A stretch of 64,000 bases of DNA, taken from NCBI GenBank assembly GCA_000435335.1, contig FR891307.1, positions 1,300 through 65,299 on the forward strand. Direction: 5' to 3'. Shown here piece after piece: positions 48,637 through 57,988 of the stretch. Numbering within the stretch: position 1 is the stretch's first letter; the number at the start of each line of letters is the position of its first letter. Under the pieces are notes generated by a model. That model saw only the letters and a list, made by a program, of their open reading frames with translations, was not told the origin of the DNA and made no database searches. Both the position numbers and the translations under genes were made by a program. Source of the DNA: Clostridium sp. CAG:964. GTDB lineage: Bacteria > Bacillota > Clostridia > Oscillospirales > Acutalibacteraceae.

Positions 48637-49554
48637 TCAAATGTCAAAGTTTTTACAGAAATTATATGCATTTGTGTAAAAAATCTTTCTAATTATATCT
48701 TCACTGTAATTATGCCTTAGCAGATAGTTATAAAATTCGCCCATACTCTGCACGCCTTTTATGCAAGGTGGCATTTCTGCACCGTCATAATCACTGCCCA
48801 ATGCCAGCACATTTTCACCGCCAAGAGAAAGGAAATATTCAATATGCCTGTGCAGGTCTGAAAAGTCGGCAGTGCCGCTGTCGGTTACAAAAAATCTGTG
48901 GAAGTTTATACCCACAATTCCGCCGATTTTGCAAATGTGCTTAAACTGTTCATCGTCAAGGTTTCTGGGGCTTTTACACACAGCCCTTGCGTTGGAATGT
49001 GTAGCAACAAAAGGTCTTTTGGCAAGCTCTGCCGTTTGCCAAAAAAGAGGAACGCTTGCGTGAGAAACATCAATAATTATTCCGTTTTTCTCCAGCTCCG
49101 CAACGGCGGCTTTGCCAAACTCCGTTAGTCCCTTTGGATTGTCGCAGAGAATACCGTCGCCTATTTCGTTTGCACCGTTCCATGTAAGAGTTAAAAAGCG
49201 AACGCCCATTTTTCTGAAACGCTTTATATTTTCAAGCCTTCCGTTTAATGCTGCGCCACCCTCAATAGAAAGCACAACATTATGGCTGTGGTTTTCAAGC
49301 TCGTTAAAGCTGTCTGCCTGATTAAAGCCACAGCTGCTATTCATCTGCTTTTTTAAAAGTGCGGCACATTTCTCTACCAAATTCACCGCAGCCTCGCCAC
49401 GGTATTCGTCAGGTATCCACACAGCCATAACCTGTGTGCAGCCGTCGTATTGCAATGCCTTTTCAAAAGAAAAATGATAGTCGTTATGCACTACAGAGCC
49501 ATTTTCGGTATATGCCTTGTAAAGCGTGTCGCAATGTAAATCAAAAAGCTGCAT
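48637..49554 (-). CDS. Membrane dipeptidase (peptidase M19)
   Basis: HCDTL...motifs of the renal-dipeptidase family. The start is at the ATG at 49554, with AGGAGGG upstream. Confidence 0.8.
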   Translation of the reverse strand: MQLFDLHCDTLYKAYTENGSVVHNDYHFSFEKALQYDGCTQVMAVWIPDEYRGEAAVNLVEKCAALLKKQMNSSCGFNQADSFNELENHSHNVVLSIEGGAALNGRLENIKRFRKMGVRFLTLTWNGANEIGDGILCDNPKGLTEFGKAAVAELEKNGIIIDVSHASVPLFWQTAELAKRPFVATHSNARAVCKSPRNLDDEQFKHICKIGGIVGINFHRFFVTDSGTADFSDLHRHIEYFLSLGGENVLALGSDYDGAEMPPCIKGVQSMGEFYNYLLRHNYSEDIIRKIFYTNAYNFCKNFDI

Positions 49555-49942
49555 AGTCGCCCTCCTGAATAAAAGCACCCTTTATATAATTAATACGGTA
49601 TAGATTTGTTGTGTTTGATTTAAGATAAACCTCCGAAATGTCAAAGCGTGGCTGTAACCTTACATTATGCTGTTTTAGGTACAAATATGCCGCTTTCATA
49701 ATTCGTGCCTGCTTCTGCTTTGTTACTGCCAAGCAAGGACGAACCAACGGGTTTTGGTGTCTTGTTTTAACCTCAACAAATAAAATATGTGTTTTGTCAG
49801 CGGCAATAATGTCTATTTCGCCTACCCTACAGCTGTAGTTTCTGCAAAGAATTTTAAAGCCCTGCTTTTTCAAATAATTGCAGGTATATTCCTCGCCTAT
49901 GTCGCCTGTTTTTCTTTTTTGCGTTCTGTTATCCGTAATCAT
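49541..49942 (-). CDS. yraN: YraN family endonuclease (UPF0102)
   Basis: 133 aa. [32 protein letters not shown] matches the YraN core. Confidence 0.75.
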   Translation of the reverse strand: MITDNRTQKRKTGDIGEEYTCNYLKKQGFKILCRNYSCRVGEIDIIAADKTHILFVEVKTRHQNPLVRPCLAVTKQKQARIMKAAYLYLKQHNVRLQPRFDISEVYLKSNTTNLYRINYIKGAFIQEGDYAAF

Positions 49943-50580
49943 TTACTTAGAATTTTCTTTAAAAATGACATTCTGTGTATAGGGCATGGGCCGTATTCCC
50001 TTATGGCCTGTGTATGTACCTTTGTACCGTAGCCCTTGTGCTTAGCAAACATATACTGTGGGTACTCCTTGTCGTACTCCAGCATTAGTCTGTCTCTTGT
50101 TACCTTTGCTAAAATTGACGCCGCCGCAATCGACATAGAATTTGCGTCGCCCTTTACGATTGCAGAACAGGGAATGCTTAAATCGGGGGTTTTGTTGCCG
50201 TCAATAATGGCATAATCAGCCGCCTTTGGCAGTCCCTCAACAGCCCTTTTCATAGCAAGCATAGTTGCGTTAAGAATATTAAGCTCTTCTATTTCTTCTA
50301 CCGAGGCAAAGGCAATACTGTAGGCAACGGCACGAGCCTTTATAACATCGTACAGTGCCTCCCTCTTTTTTTCGCTAAGCTTTTTGGAATCGTTTACACC
50401 CTCAATTATATCGTTGGGCTTTAAAATAACGGCCGCCGCACATACAGGCCCTGCCAGCGGGCCTCTGCCCGCCTCGTCAACTCCGCAAATACTTGAGTAT
50501 CCCTGCTCCGCACACTGATTTTCATACAAAAACCAATCCAAATAACCACATCTCCTTATCTTTTTAATCCTGTTTGTCAT
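49939..50580 (-). CDS. rnhB: Ribonuclease HII
   Basis: [14 protein letters not shown] active-site motif. 213 aa. Confidence 0.9.
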   Translation of the reverse strand: MTNRIKKIRRCGYLDWFLYENQCAEQGYSSICGVDEAGRGPLAGPVCAAAVILKPNDIIEGVNDSKKLSEKKREALYDVIKARAVAYSIAFASVEEIEELNILNATMLAMKRAVEGLPKAADYAIIDGNKTPDLSIPCSAIVKGDANSMSIAAASILAKVTRDRLMLEYDKEYPQYMFAKHKGYGTKVHTQAIREYGPCPIHRMSFLKKILSK

Positions 50581-50725
50581 AACTTAATTTTGCCGAAAAA
50601 ATCGCCAAAGCACACCACTCTACAGCCGTTGAATATATGGCAGTAAAGCAGACAGCCACAAAGTCCGTTGTCTGTAAAATAATTAAAGACCGACTGTTTT
50701 AAAGACGGTCTTGTTTATATTTGGG

Positions 50726-51589
50726 TTATACACACTCCAGCGTAATTTTACCAAGCTTTGCACTTCTGTATTCGTCAAGAATCATTACAGACGCACGCTC
50801 GGTATCTACTCTGCCGCCGGACATAAGCATACCTCTTTTTCTTGCTATAAGCTCCAAAAGGTCATATGCTTCAACAGACTCCAAATCTACATTTTGCAGC
50901 TTGAACCTCTCAATAAACTGCTGTGTAGGAAAGCGGCACATAACCTCAAGAAGTCTAAACGCCAGCAGCTCTGTGTCCATTACCTGATCCTTTACAGCGC
51001 CTGTAAAGGCAAGCTTTTCGCCAACCTCCGGGTCATCAAACTTAGGCCACAGCACTCCCGGTGTATCCAAAAGCTCCATACCCTGACCAATAGAAAACCA
51101 CTGGTTGCCACGAGTTACACCCGGTCTGTCCTCTACCCTTGCACTGTCTTTTTTAGCCATTTTATTAATAAAAGAGGATTTTCCCACATTCGGTATGCCC
51201 ACCACCATAATGTGTATACTGCGGTTACGCATACCCTTTGCCTCCCACTTTTCTATTTTGTCTGACAGCACATCACGAACAGTTGGAATAAAGCGGTTTA
51301 AGCCCTTTCCTGTTTTGCAGTCTACGGGAATTGCGACTATATTTTTCTTTCTATAGTACTCTACCCACCTGTCGGTTTGAGCCCTATCCGCCATATCGCA
51401 TTTATTCATTAATACAATTCTCGGCTTACCTTGAATAAGCTTGTCAAGGTCCGGGTTATGACTGCTTACAGGAATACGGGCGTCTATAATTTCCGCCACA
51501 ATATCAACCAGCTTTAGGCTTGCTTGAATCTTCCTTTTTGTTTTTGTCATATGTCCGGGAAACCACTGTATATTTTGCACCTGTGCCAT
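50726..51589 (-). CDS. rbgA: Ribosome biogenesis GTPase A (YlqF/RbgA)
   Basis: WFPGHM N-terminus and a circularly permuted GTPase (GIPNVGKSSFIN). Confidence 0.85.
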   Translation of the reverse strand: MAQVQNIQWFPGHMTKTKRKIQASLKLVDIVAEIIDARIPVSSHNPDLDKLIQGKPRIVLMNKCDMADRAQTDRWVEYYRKKNIVAIPVDCKTGKGLNRFIPTVRDVLSDKIEKWEAKGMRNRSIHIMVVGIPNVGKSSFINKMAKKDSARVEDRPGVTRGNQWFSIGQGMELLDTPGVLWPKFDDPEVGEKLAFTGAVKDQVMDTELLAFRLLEVMCRFPTQQFIERFKLQNVDLESVEAYDLLELIARKRGMLMSGGRVDTERASVMILDEYRSAKLGKITLECV

Positions 51590-51604
51590 TATATCACCTC
51601 TATA

Positions 51605-52177
51605 TTAATATAAGTAGGAAAATCTTTCAAAAGGCAAAACAGCACACTGCACCTTGCCTATTATGTTTGATTTGTCAACAAGCTGTATGCGCACGCTTCG
51701 GCTGTCAACCGAAACTGCCCTGTTATCGCCCATAACAAATACTTTCCCCTTCGGAATAACATCGGGTATATCCCACTCTATTCCATTTAGGGTTTTTGAA
51801 GAAATGTACGGCTCGTTTATAATCTTGCCGTCAACATACACCTGCCCTTTGTCTGCGTCAATTCCAACAGTCTGTCCCTCTATAGCTATTACACGCTTAA
51901 TAAAGGCATTGTCAATTTTATATTCATTCTCGCTGAAGGCGTCCGGAGCTGCTGCAACTACATCACCCTGCTTCAGCTCAAGAGAGGGTATATACTTAAA
52001 AAATGACTGATAATTTGTAATAACAACAGTGTCGCCGTTTTTTAGGGTGTTGTTCATAGACGGGCCGTCAACAACCGCAAGCCTGAACACAAAGGTTAAA
52101 AGCAAAACTATAACCGATACTGAACAAAATATGCTTTTTGCACACTGTAAAACAATGCTCTTATTCTCTCGGTTCAT
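51605..52177 (-). CDS. lepB: Signal peptidase I
   Basis: The VVDGPSMNNTL catalytic Ser box and GDNR box E (VMGDNRAVSVDSR). The start is assigned to the ATG at 52177, preceded by AAGGAG. Confidence 0.85.
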   Translation of the reverse strand: MNRENKSIVLQCAKSIFCSVSVIVLLLTFVFRLAVVDGPSMNNTLKNGDTVVITNYQSFFKYIPSLELKQGDVVAAAPDAFSENEYKIDNAFIKRVIAIEGQTVGIDADKGQVYVDGKIINEPYISSKTLNGIEWDIPDVIPKGKVFVMGDNRAVSVDSRSVRIQLVDKSNIIGKVQCAVLPFERFSYLY

Positions 52178-52486
52178 AACAACGCTCCTTGCTTTTGCAC
52201 TCATAACTGTGGCTGTGTATTATTATTTACAAATACATTTATGTGGCGATTATATCATAATACCTGTTTTAAGTCAATTTGCACGCCATTTGCCACTACA
52301 CTTTAGCGAACATCCCACACCGCTTGTTGAAATTGTGTTATAGATTTATTTTCAACAATTAACCTTACATATTAAGTAATCATTATTTACAGTAAAGCAT
52401 TGCCGTTACTAAAATTTTTTAAATAAAATCAGAAAAGCTTTTAAAAACAGCACAAAACTATTTTTAAAAGCTTTATAATGATAATA

Positions 52487-52575
52487 TGGTGCAGGTAACA
52501 GGACTTGAACCTGCATGAAATTGCTTTCATATGGACCTGAACCATACGCGTCTGCCAATTCCGCCATACCTGCAC
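52487..52575 (-). tRNA. tRNA-Leu (anticodon CAG)
   Basis: The revcomp reads GCAGGTATGGCGGAATTGGCAGAC...TATGGTTCAGGTCCATA...GGTTCAAGTCC...CCTGCACCA. It has a long variable arm, a TTCAGGT anticodon loop and an encoded CCA. Confidence 0.9.
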
Positions 52576-52820
52576 ATAAACACTCTTATATTTTACACGG
52601 CAAGAGCAAGCCGAGGTGGGGCAAACAGCCTAATCCACAGTAGTGTCGGGCAACAATCACCCAACGCACACCATTATACACCCTATTTTTATTTTTTGCA
52701 AGCATTATTTTAATTTTTTTCAAACAGAAAAGCCGGAATTCCCTTGTGCAAACACTTTACTTTTGTGCTTCAATAAATTATAATAGAATATATGACTATT
52801 TTTAAGGATTGATATATTTT

Positions 52821-53951
52821 ATGGTACAGTTTGAAGAACTAAGGCTTGAGCTTGAACGCACAAAGCCGGAAATAGATGACTTGGCGGACGCCCTTGGACT
52901 AAAGGCGATGATGTCTGAAATAGAACAGCTTGAAAACAAGGCAACCGAGCCGGGCTTTTGGGACGATATGGATAAATCACAGGTTATATTGCAACGCACA
53001 AGTGCCTTGAAAAACAAGGTAGAGGGCTATAATACACTTGTTTCTAAATATGACGACGCAATGGCTTTAATTGAACTTGCAAACGAGGACGAGGATTTGT
53101 CATTGCTTGAAGAGGCTCAAAGCGAGGTTGAGGCTATAAAAGAGGAGCTTGAAAAACAGCGCTTGCAGACTTTACTTACAGGTGAGTACGACAGCAAAAA
53201 TGCTATACTTACCTTCCACGCCGGCTCAGGCGGAACAGAGGCTCAGGACTGGGCGGAAATGCTGTACCGTATGTACAACCGCTGGGCAGAAAAAGGCGGC
53301 TTTAAGGTAAAAACTCTTGACTACCTTGACGGTGACGAGGCAGGTCTGAAAAGTGCCGTTATACTTGTAGAGGGTTTGAATGCCTACGGCTATCTAAAGA
53401 GTGAGGCAGGCGTTCACAGACTTGTAAGAGTGTCACCTTTTGATTCCTCCGGCAGAAGACACACCTCCTTTGCATCTCTTGAGGTTATGCCGGAAATTGA
53501 TGATAATATTCAAATTGACATTAATCCGGAAGATATTAAAATGGATGTTTACCGTGCAAGCGGTGCAGGCGGTCAGAAGGTCAACAAAACCTCATCCGCC
53601 GTAAGGCTTACACATATACCTACAGGTATTGTAGTTGCCTGCCAGGTAGAAAGAAGCCAGCACCAAAACCGAGAGGTTGCTATGAAAATGCTTATGTCAA
53701 AGCTTATGGAAATTAAAGAGCGTGAGCATTTAGACAAGATTGAGGATATTAAGGGTGTGCAAAAGGAGATTACATGGGGCTCTCAAATACGCTCATATGT
53801 ATTTATGCCATATACTCTTGTAAAGGATCACCGCACAAGCTACGAAACAGGCAACATAAGTGCTGTAATGGACGGCGACATAGACGGCTTTATTAACGCT
53901 TATCTAAAGGCATTAAGTCAAAATTCACTTGAAAATAACAACGATATGTAA
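52821..53951 (+). CDS. prfB: Peptide chain release factor 2 (single continuous frame, no programmed frameshift)
   Basis: SPF tripeptide region (VSPFDSSGRR) and GGQ motif (SGAGGQKVN). The AAGGA RBS lies 12 nt before the ATG at 52821. The classical CTT TGA C shift site is replaced by an in-frame CTT GGA C. Confidence 0.9.
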   Translation: MVQFEELRLELERTKPEIDDLADALGLKAMMSEIEQLENKATEPGFWDDMDKSQVILQRTSALKNKVEGYNTLVSKYDDAMALIELANEDEDLSLLEEAQSEVEAIKEELEKQRLQTLLTGEYDSKNAILTFHAGSGGTEAQDWAEMLYRMYNRWAEKGGFKVKTLDYLDGDEAGLKSAVILVEGLNAYGYLKSEAGVHRLVRVSPFDSSGRRHTSFASLEVMPEIDDNIQIDINPEDIKMDVYRASGAGGQKVNKTSSAVRLTHIPTGIVVACQVERSQHQNREVAMKMLMSKLMEIKEREHLDKIEDIKGVQKEITWGSQIRSYVFMPYTLVKDHRTSYETGNISAVMDGDIDGFINAYLKALSQNSLENNNDM

Positions 53952-53958
53952 TATACAA

Positions 53959-53995
53959 AACACCGTGGATTGTTTACAGCTGCCACGGTGTTTTG
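53959..53995 (+). terminator. Terminator after prfB
   Basis: aacaccgtgg...ccacggtgtt hairpin followed by TTTTG. Confidence 0.65.
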
Positions 53996-54053
53996 CATAA
54001 AAGGGCTTTTATAACTATAATGATAAATTTATTGAATAAAAGGGGGAAGCGAC

Positions 54054-55901
54054 TTGGAAAACAAAATAAAAGAGCTTAGGGCAAAAGCAATGTCACTGCC
54101 CCTAACCCCCGGCGTATATATAATGCGTGACAAAAACAAGAAGATAATTTATATAGGCAAGGCAAAGGCTCTGAAAAACCGTGTAAGCCAATACTTTGGC
54201 TCTCATACCAACCATACACCAAAGGTTATAAGAATGGTTGAAAATGTAGACGCCTTTGACTATATTGTTACCGACAGCGAGTTTGAGGCCTTAGTGCTTG
54301 AATGCAGCCTGATTAAGCAGTATACACCCCACTACAACATTTTGCTAAAAGACGATAAGGGCTACAGCTATATTAAAATTACAAACGAGCAGTGGCCAAG
54401 AATAAAGGCAGTAAAGCAGATTGACAACGACGGTGCACAGTATATAGGGCCGTATATGAGCAGCTATTATGTTAAAAATGCCGTTGACCAGGCTGTCAAA
54501 ATTTTTAAGCTGCCTACCTGCGGCAGAAAATTTCCACAGGATATAGGCAAGGGCAGACCGTGCCTTAACTATCATATAAAGCTGTGCAGTGCACCGTGTA
54601 CAGGAAAAATCACCCATAAGGAATATACCGAAAATTTAAAAGAGGCAGTTGAATTTTTAAAAGGCGGCAATAATGCCGACATTAAAAAAATGACCGCAGA
54701 AATGAACCTTGCCGCAGAAAACCTTGAATTTGAGCGTGCCGCAAGAATTCGTGACAGAATTAACGCCATAAAAAAAATGGGCGACAGCCAAAAGGTGGTT
54801 TGCTCAAAAATAAAGGAGCAGGATGTGCTTGCGGTGGTTACAGAGGGTAATACCGCCTGCTTTGAGGTGTTCAAGTTTAAAAACGGTGCATTGTATGACA
54901 GAGAGCATTTTATAATAGGCGATGTTGACGATCTGCCACAGGCTAGGCACGAGTTTATAACAGGCTATTACTATAAAAGAAATGATATACCGCCCAGAAT
55001 TACCGTTGACGGCTCTGTAAACGACACAGAGCTTTTACAGCAGTGGCTAAGCGAAGTTCTTGGCAAAAAGGTGGTTATATTTCAGCCGCAAAAGGGCGAA
55101 CAGCTGCAGCTTGTGGAAATGTGCAAAAAGAATGCAGCAGAGCATTTGGCGCACAGGCGTGGTGCAGCCGGCAAGGATACTATGGCGTTAAACACCTTAG
55201 GTGAATTGCTCGGCTTGGACGGTGCACCTAATTATATTGAATCCTACGACATTTCCAACCAAAACGGTACCGCCAATGTAGCAGGTATGATTGTATTTGA
55301 AAACGGAAGGCCGCTTAAAAGTGCCTACAGAAGGTTTGAAATAAAAACCGTTGCAGGACAGGACGACTACGGCTCAATGGCAGAGGTAATAGAACGCCGT
55401 TTAAACGAATATGAAAAGCACAAGGACGAAGGCGTTGGCTTTGGAAGAATGCCAGACCTTATACTGCTTGATGGCGGCAAGGGCCAGGTAAATGCCGTTT
55501 CGCAGGTTATGAAAAGAATGGGCTACAACATTCCGCTGTTTGGTATGGTAAAGGACAACAAGCACCGCACAAGGGCCATAACAGACGCCGGTAAGGAAAT
55601 TGCCATAAACAACAAGCGCAGTGTTTTTACTCTGGTGTCTAATATTCAAGAAGAGGTGCACCGGTTTGCTATTGGTTACCACAGGCAAAAAAGGAAGAAT
55701 ACCTCCTTTAAAAGCTCGCTTACAGAGATAGAGGGTGTTGGTGAAAGGCGTGCTAAAGCGTTGCTCAAGCATTTTGGCACTATTGCAAATATAAAGGAGG
55801 CAGACCTGCAGGAACTGGAAACTGCACCTACTATGAACAAGGTGGTTGCAAGAACGGTGTACTCATATTTTCACGGTGACAATACCATGGCAAAGGAATA
55901 A
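54054..55901 (+). CDS. uvrC: Excinuclease ABC subunit C
   Basis: N-terminal GIY-YIG (GVYIMRDKNKKIIYIGKA), a UvrBC-interacting region, and a C-terminal RNase H-like endonuclease and HhH domain. TTG start with a GGGGGAAG RBS. Confidence 0.9.
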   Translation: MENKIKELRAKAMSLPLTPGVYIMRDKNKKIIYIGKAKALKNRVSQYFGSHTNHTPKVIRMVENVDAFDYIVTDSEFEALVLECSLIKQYTPHYNILLKDDKGYSYIKITNEQWPRIKAVKQIDNDGAQYIGPYMSSYYVKNAVDQAVKIFKLPTCGRKFPQDIGKGRPCLNYHIKLCSAPCTGKITHKEYTENLKEAVEFLKGGNNADIKKMTAEMNLAAENLEFERAARIRDRINAIKKMGDSQKVVCSKIKEQDVLAVVTEGNTACFEVFKFKNGALYDREHFIIGDVDDLPQARHEFITGYYYKRNDIPPRITVDGSVNDTELLQQWLSEVLGKKVVIFQPQKGEQLQLVEMCKKNAAEHLAHRRGAAGKDTMALNTLGELLGLDGAPNYIESYDISNQNGTANVAGMIVFENGRPLKSAYRRFEIKTVAGQDDYGSMAEVIERRLNEYEKHKDEGVGFGRMPDLILLDGGKGQVNAVSQVMKRMGYNIPLFGMVKDNKHRTRAITDAGKEIAINNKRSVFTLVSNIQEEVHRFAIGYHRQKRKNTSFKSSLTEIEGVGERRAKALLKHFGTIANIKEADLQELETAPTMNKVVARTVYSYFHGDNTMAKE

Positions 55902-56128
55902 AATGTGTTTTGCATTGCAAGGCTATATTATTTTCGAGAGAATTTACTCTTTATCAGTAAATTTACCAAAAAACTACAATAATATTTAGTTATATTATTA
56001 TGAATACGGTTGACAATTTAGAGATTTTAATAGATAATATAGGTAATGCTTTAACAGGCAGATATAATGGTTTTATATTGTTTATATAGCATTATTTATA
56101 GCAAGGTACTGTAGGAGGCAGGTGTGTT

Positions 56129-56683
56129 ATGAGAGTTATTACAGGCATTGCCAAAGGCAAGCGCTTAAAAACCTTGGACGGTCAGGATGTACGCCCTACA
56201 ACCGAAAGAGTAAAAGAGGCGATTTTCAGCATAATTCAGTTTGAAATTGAGGGAAGAAAGTTTTTGGACCTTTTTTCAGGCTCAGGTCAAATGGGAATAG
56301 AGGCTTTAAGCCGTGGTGCTAAAAATGCTGTTTTTGTAGATTGCAGGCGTGAGGCTGTTAATGTAATAAAAAGCAATTTGGAAAACACGGGGCTGTCCCA
56401 TAACGCTTTGGTTATAAATAGCGATTCGTTGGCATATATTTCAAGACAGCAGTCAGAAAAATTTGACCTTGCTTTTTTGGATCCGCCATATGGTACGGGA
56501 CTACTCCAAAAAGCGTTGCCGCTTACAGCACTGCAGATGAAAAAAACAGGAACAATTATTTGTGAAAGACCAATAAATGAAGAAATACCTGAAAAAATTC
56601 ATGGTTTTGCACTTGACAGAAATTATCGATATGGTAAAATTATGATAAGTACATACCGCTACGAGGATGTGACTGAGGAATGA
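56129..56683 (+). CDS. rsmD: 16S rRNA (guanine966-N2)-methyltransferase RsmD
   Basis: DLFSGSGQMGIEALSRGA SAM-binding motif and the DPPYG catalytic motif. Confidence 0.85.
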   Translation: MRVITGIAKGKRLKTLDGQDVRPTTERVKEAIFSIIQFEIEGRKFLDLFSGSGQMGIEALSRGAKNAVFVDCRREAVNVIKSNLENTGLSHNALVINSDSLAYISRQQSEKFDLAFLDPPYGTGLLQKALPLTALQMKKTGTIICERPINEEIPEKIHGFALDRNYRYGKIMISTYRYEDVTEE

Positions 56684-57168
56684 AAAGAACGGTAGTTTGT
56701 CCGGGCAGCTTTGACCCTGTAACATTGGGGCATATTGATATAATATCAAGGGCCGCCAAAATGTTTGACAAGGTTATTGTGGCTGTACTTGTTAATTCCT
56801 CGAAAAAGCCCAGTTTTACTACCGAAGAACGCATAGAGCTTTTAAGGAAGGCCTTGGCAGGCTTTGATAATATTCAGATAGAAAGCTTTGATGGCTTGCT
56901 TGCCGAATATGCCCGAAAGACCGGTGCCAATGCCGTAGTAAGAGGGTTAAGAGCTGTGTCTGACTTTGAGTATGAATTTCAAATGTCATTGACTAATAAA
57001 AAGCTCAATCCGGATTTGGAAACTATTTTCCTGACATCCCGTGCAGAATATATGTTTTTAAGCTCCAGCATAGTGAAGCAGATTGCTACATTAAACGGAG
57101 ACATTACTAATTTTGTACCGGAATGTATTCATGATGAAATAAAAAAACGACTTGCTTCAAATGTTTAG
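56680..57168 (+). CDS. coaD: Phosphopantetheine adenylyltransferase
   Basis: CPGSFDPVTLGHIDII (H/TxGH motif). 162 aa. 4-nt overlap with rsmD. Confidence 0.9.
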   Translation: MKRTVVCPGSFDPVTLGHIDIISRAAKMFDKVIVAVLVNSSKKPSFTTEERIELLRKALAGFDNIQIESFDGLLAEYARKTGANAVVRGLRAVSDFEYEFQMSLTNKKLNPDLETIFLTSRAEYMFLSSSIVKQIATLNGDITNFVPECIHDEIKKRLASNV

Positions 57169-57217
57169 CCTAAGCTTATGGCTTTAGCGTTGAGGTGTTC
57201 GCAGTAAAAGAAAAAGG

Positions 57218-57721
57218 ATGGTTAAGATGAAAGTAGAAGATTTGTTGTTGGAACTAAGAGAAACTGTTGAAGATGCAAAGGTTTTACCTCTGACAGGCGG
57301 TAAGTGCCTTGTTGATGTTGACAGCCTGAAGGAACTGCTTGACGACATTGAAGATGCACTGCCACAGGAGGTTCGTCAGGCAAAGGCTATAGTTGCCGAC
57401 AGACAGAAGATTATTTCTGACGCTAAGGTAGAGGCCGAAAGTATTATTCGCACAGCCGAGGACAAGAAGAAGTCATTGGTAACACAGAACGAAATTGTCA
57501 GACAGGCACAGGCTGAGGCTAACGAGATTATCACCGACGCTAAGCTGAAGTCAAGAGATATGCGTAAGGCAGTAAACGACTATGTTGATGAAATGCTTAG
57601 ACAGGCAGACGAAATGCTGACAAGTCAGGTAAACGAAATTAAGAAAACAAGACAAAACATTAAAGCAAGTCAAAGACCGGCAGCACAGGTTAAGGTGCAA
57701 AAGCCGGAAACTAACGAGTAA
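57218..57721 (+). CDS. Hypothetical charged coiled-coil protein
   Basis: 167 aa, highly charged heptad-like sequence. No confident family assignment. Confidence 0.4.
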   Translation: MVKMKVEDLLLELRETVEDAKVLPLTGGKCLVDVDSLKELLDDIEDALPQEVRQAKAIVADRQKIISDAKVEAESIIRTAEDKKKSLVTQNEIVRQAQAEANEIITDAKLKSRDMRKAVNDYVDEMLRQADEMLTSQVNEIKKTRQNIKASQRPAAQVKVQKPETNE

Positions 57722-57743
57722 TTCTTATACATATCTAAAAATA

Positions 57744-57780
57744 ACAGCAGTCGCTTTTAACGGGCGGCTGCTGTTTTACT
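57744..57780 (+). terminator. Probable terminator after the coiled-coil protein gene
   Basis: cagcagtcgc...gcggctgctg imperfect hairpin followed by TTTTACT. Confidence 0.45.
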
Positions 57781-57909
57781 GTTTACTATTCTGTGTTCTG
57801 TAATAAACGGTTTACACACTGCTAAATTCTTAGTTTAATCATAACAGAAAATTTTCATCTTTATAGTATGATAGTACGGCTGCAATTCGTACATTATGTT
57901 ATAAAAGAA

Positions 57910-57952
57910 TTAATTAAAAAAGGCGTTTGCGTATTTTAATGCAAACGCCTTT
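57910..57952 (-). terminator. Terminator downstream of aspS
   Basis: aaaggcgtttgc-gtattttaat-gcaaacgccttt hairpin with a T-run on the minus strand (revcomp of the AATTAAAAAA at 57910-57920). Confidence 0.55.
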
Positions 57953-57988
57953 CACGGTCTACAGGCTTATGGTATATAAAAGCCGATT

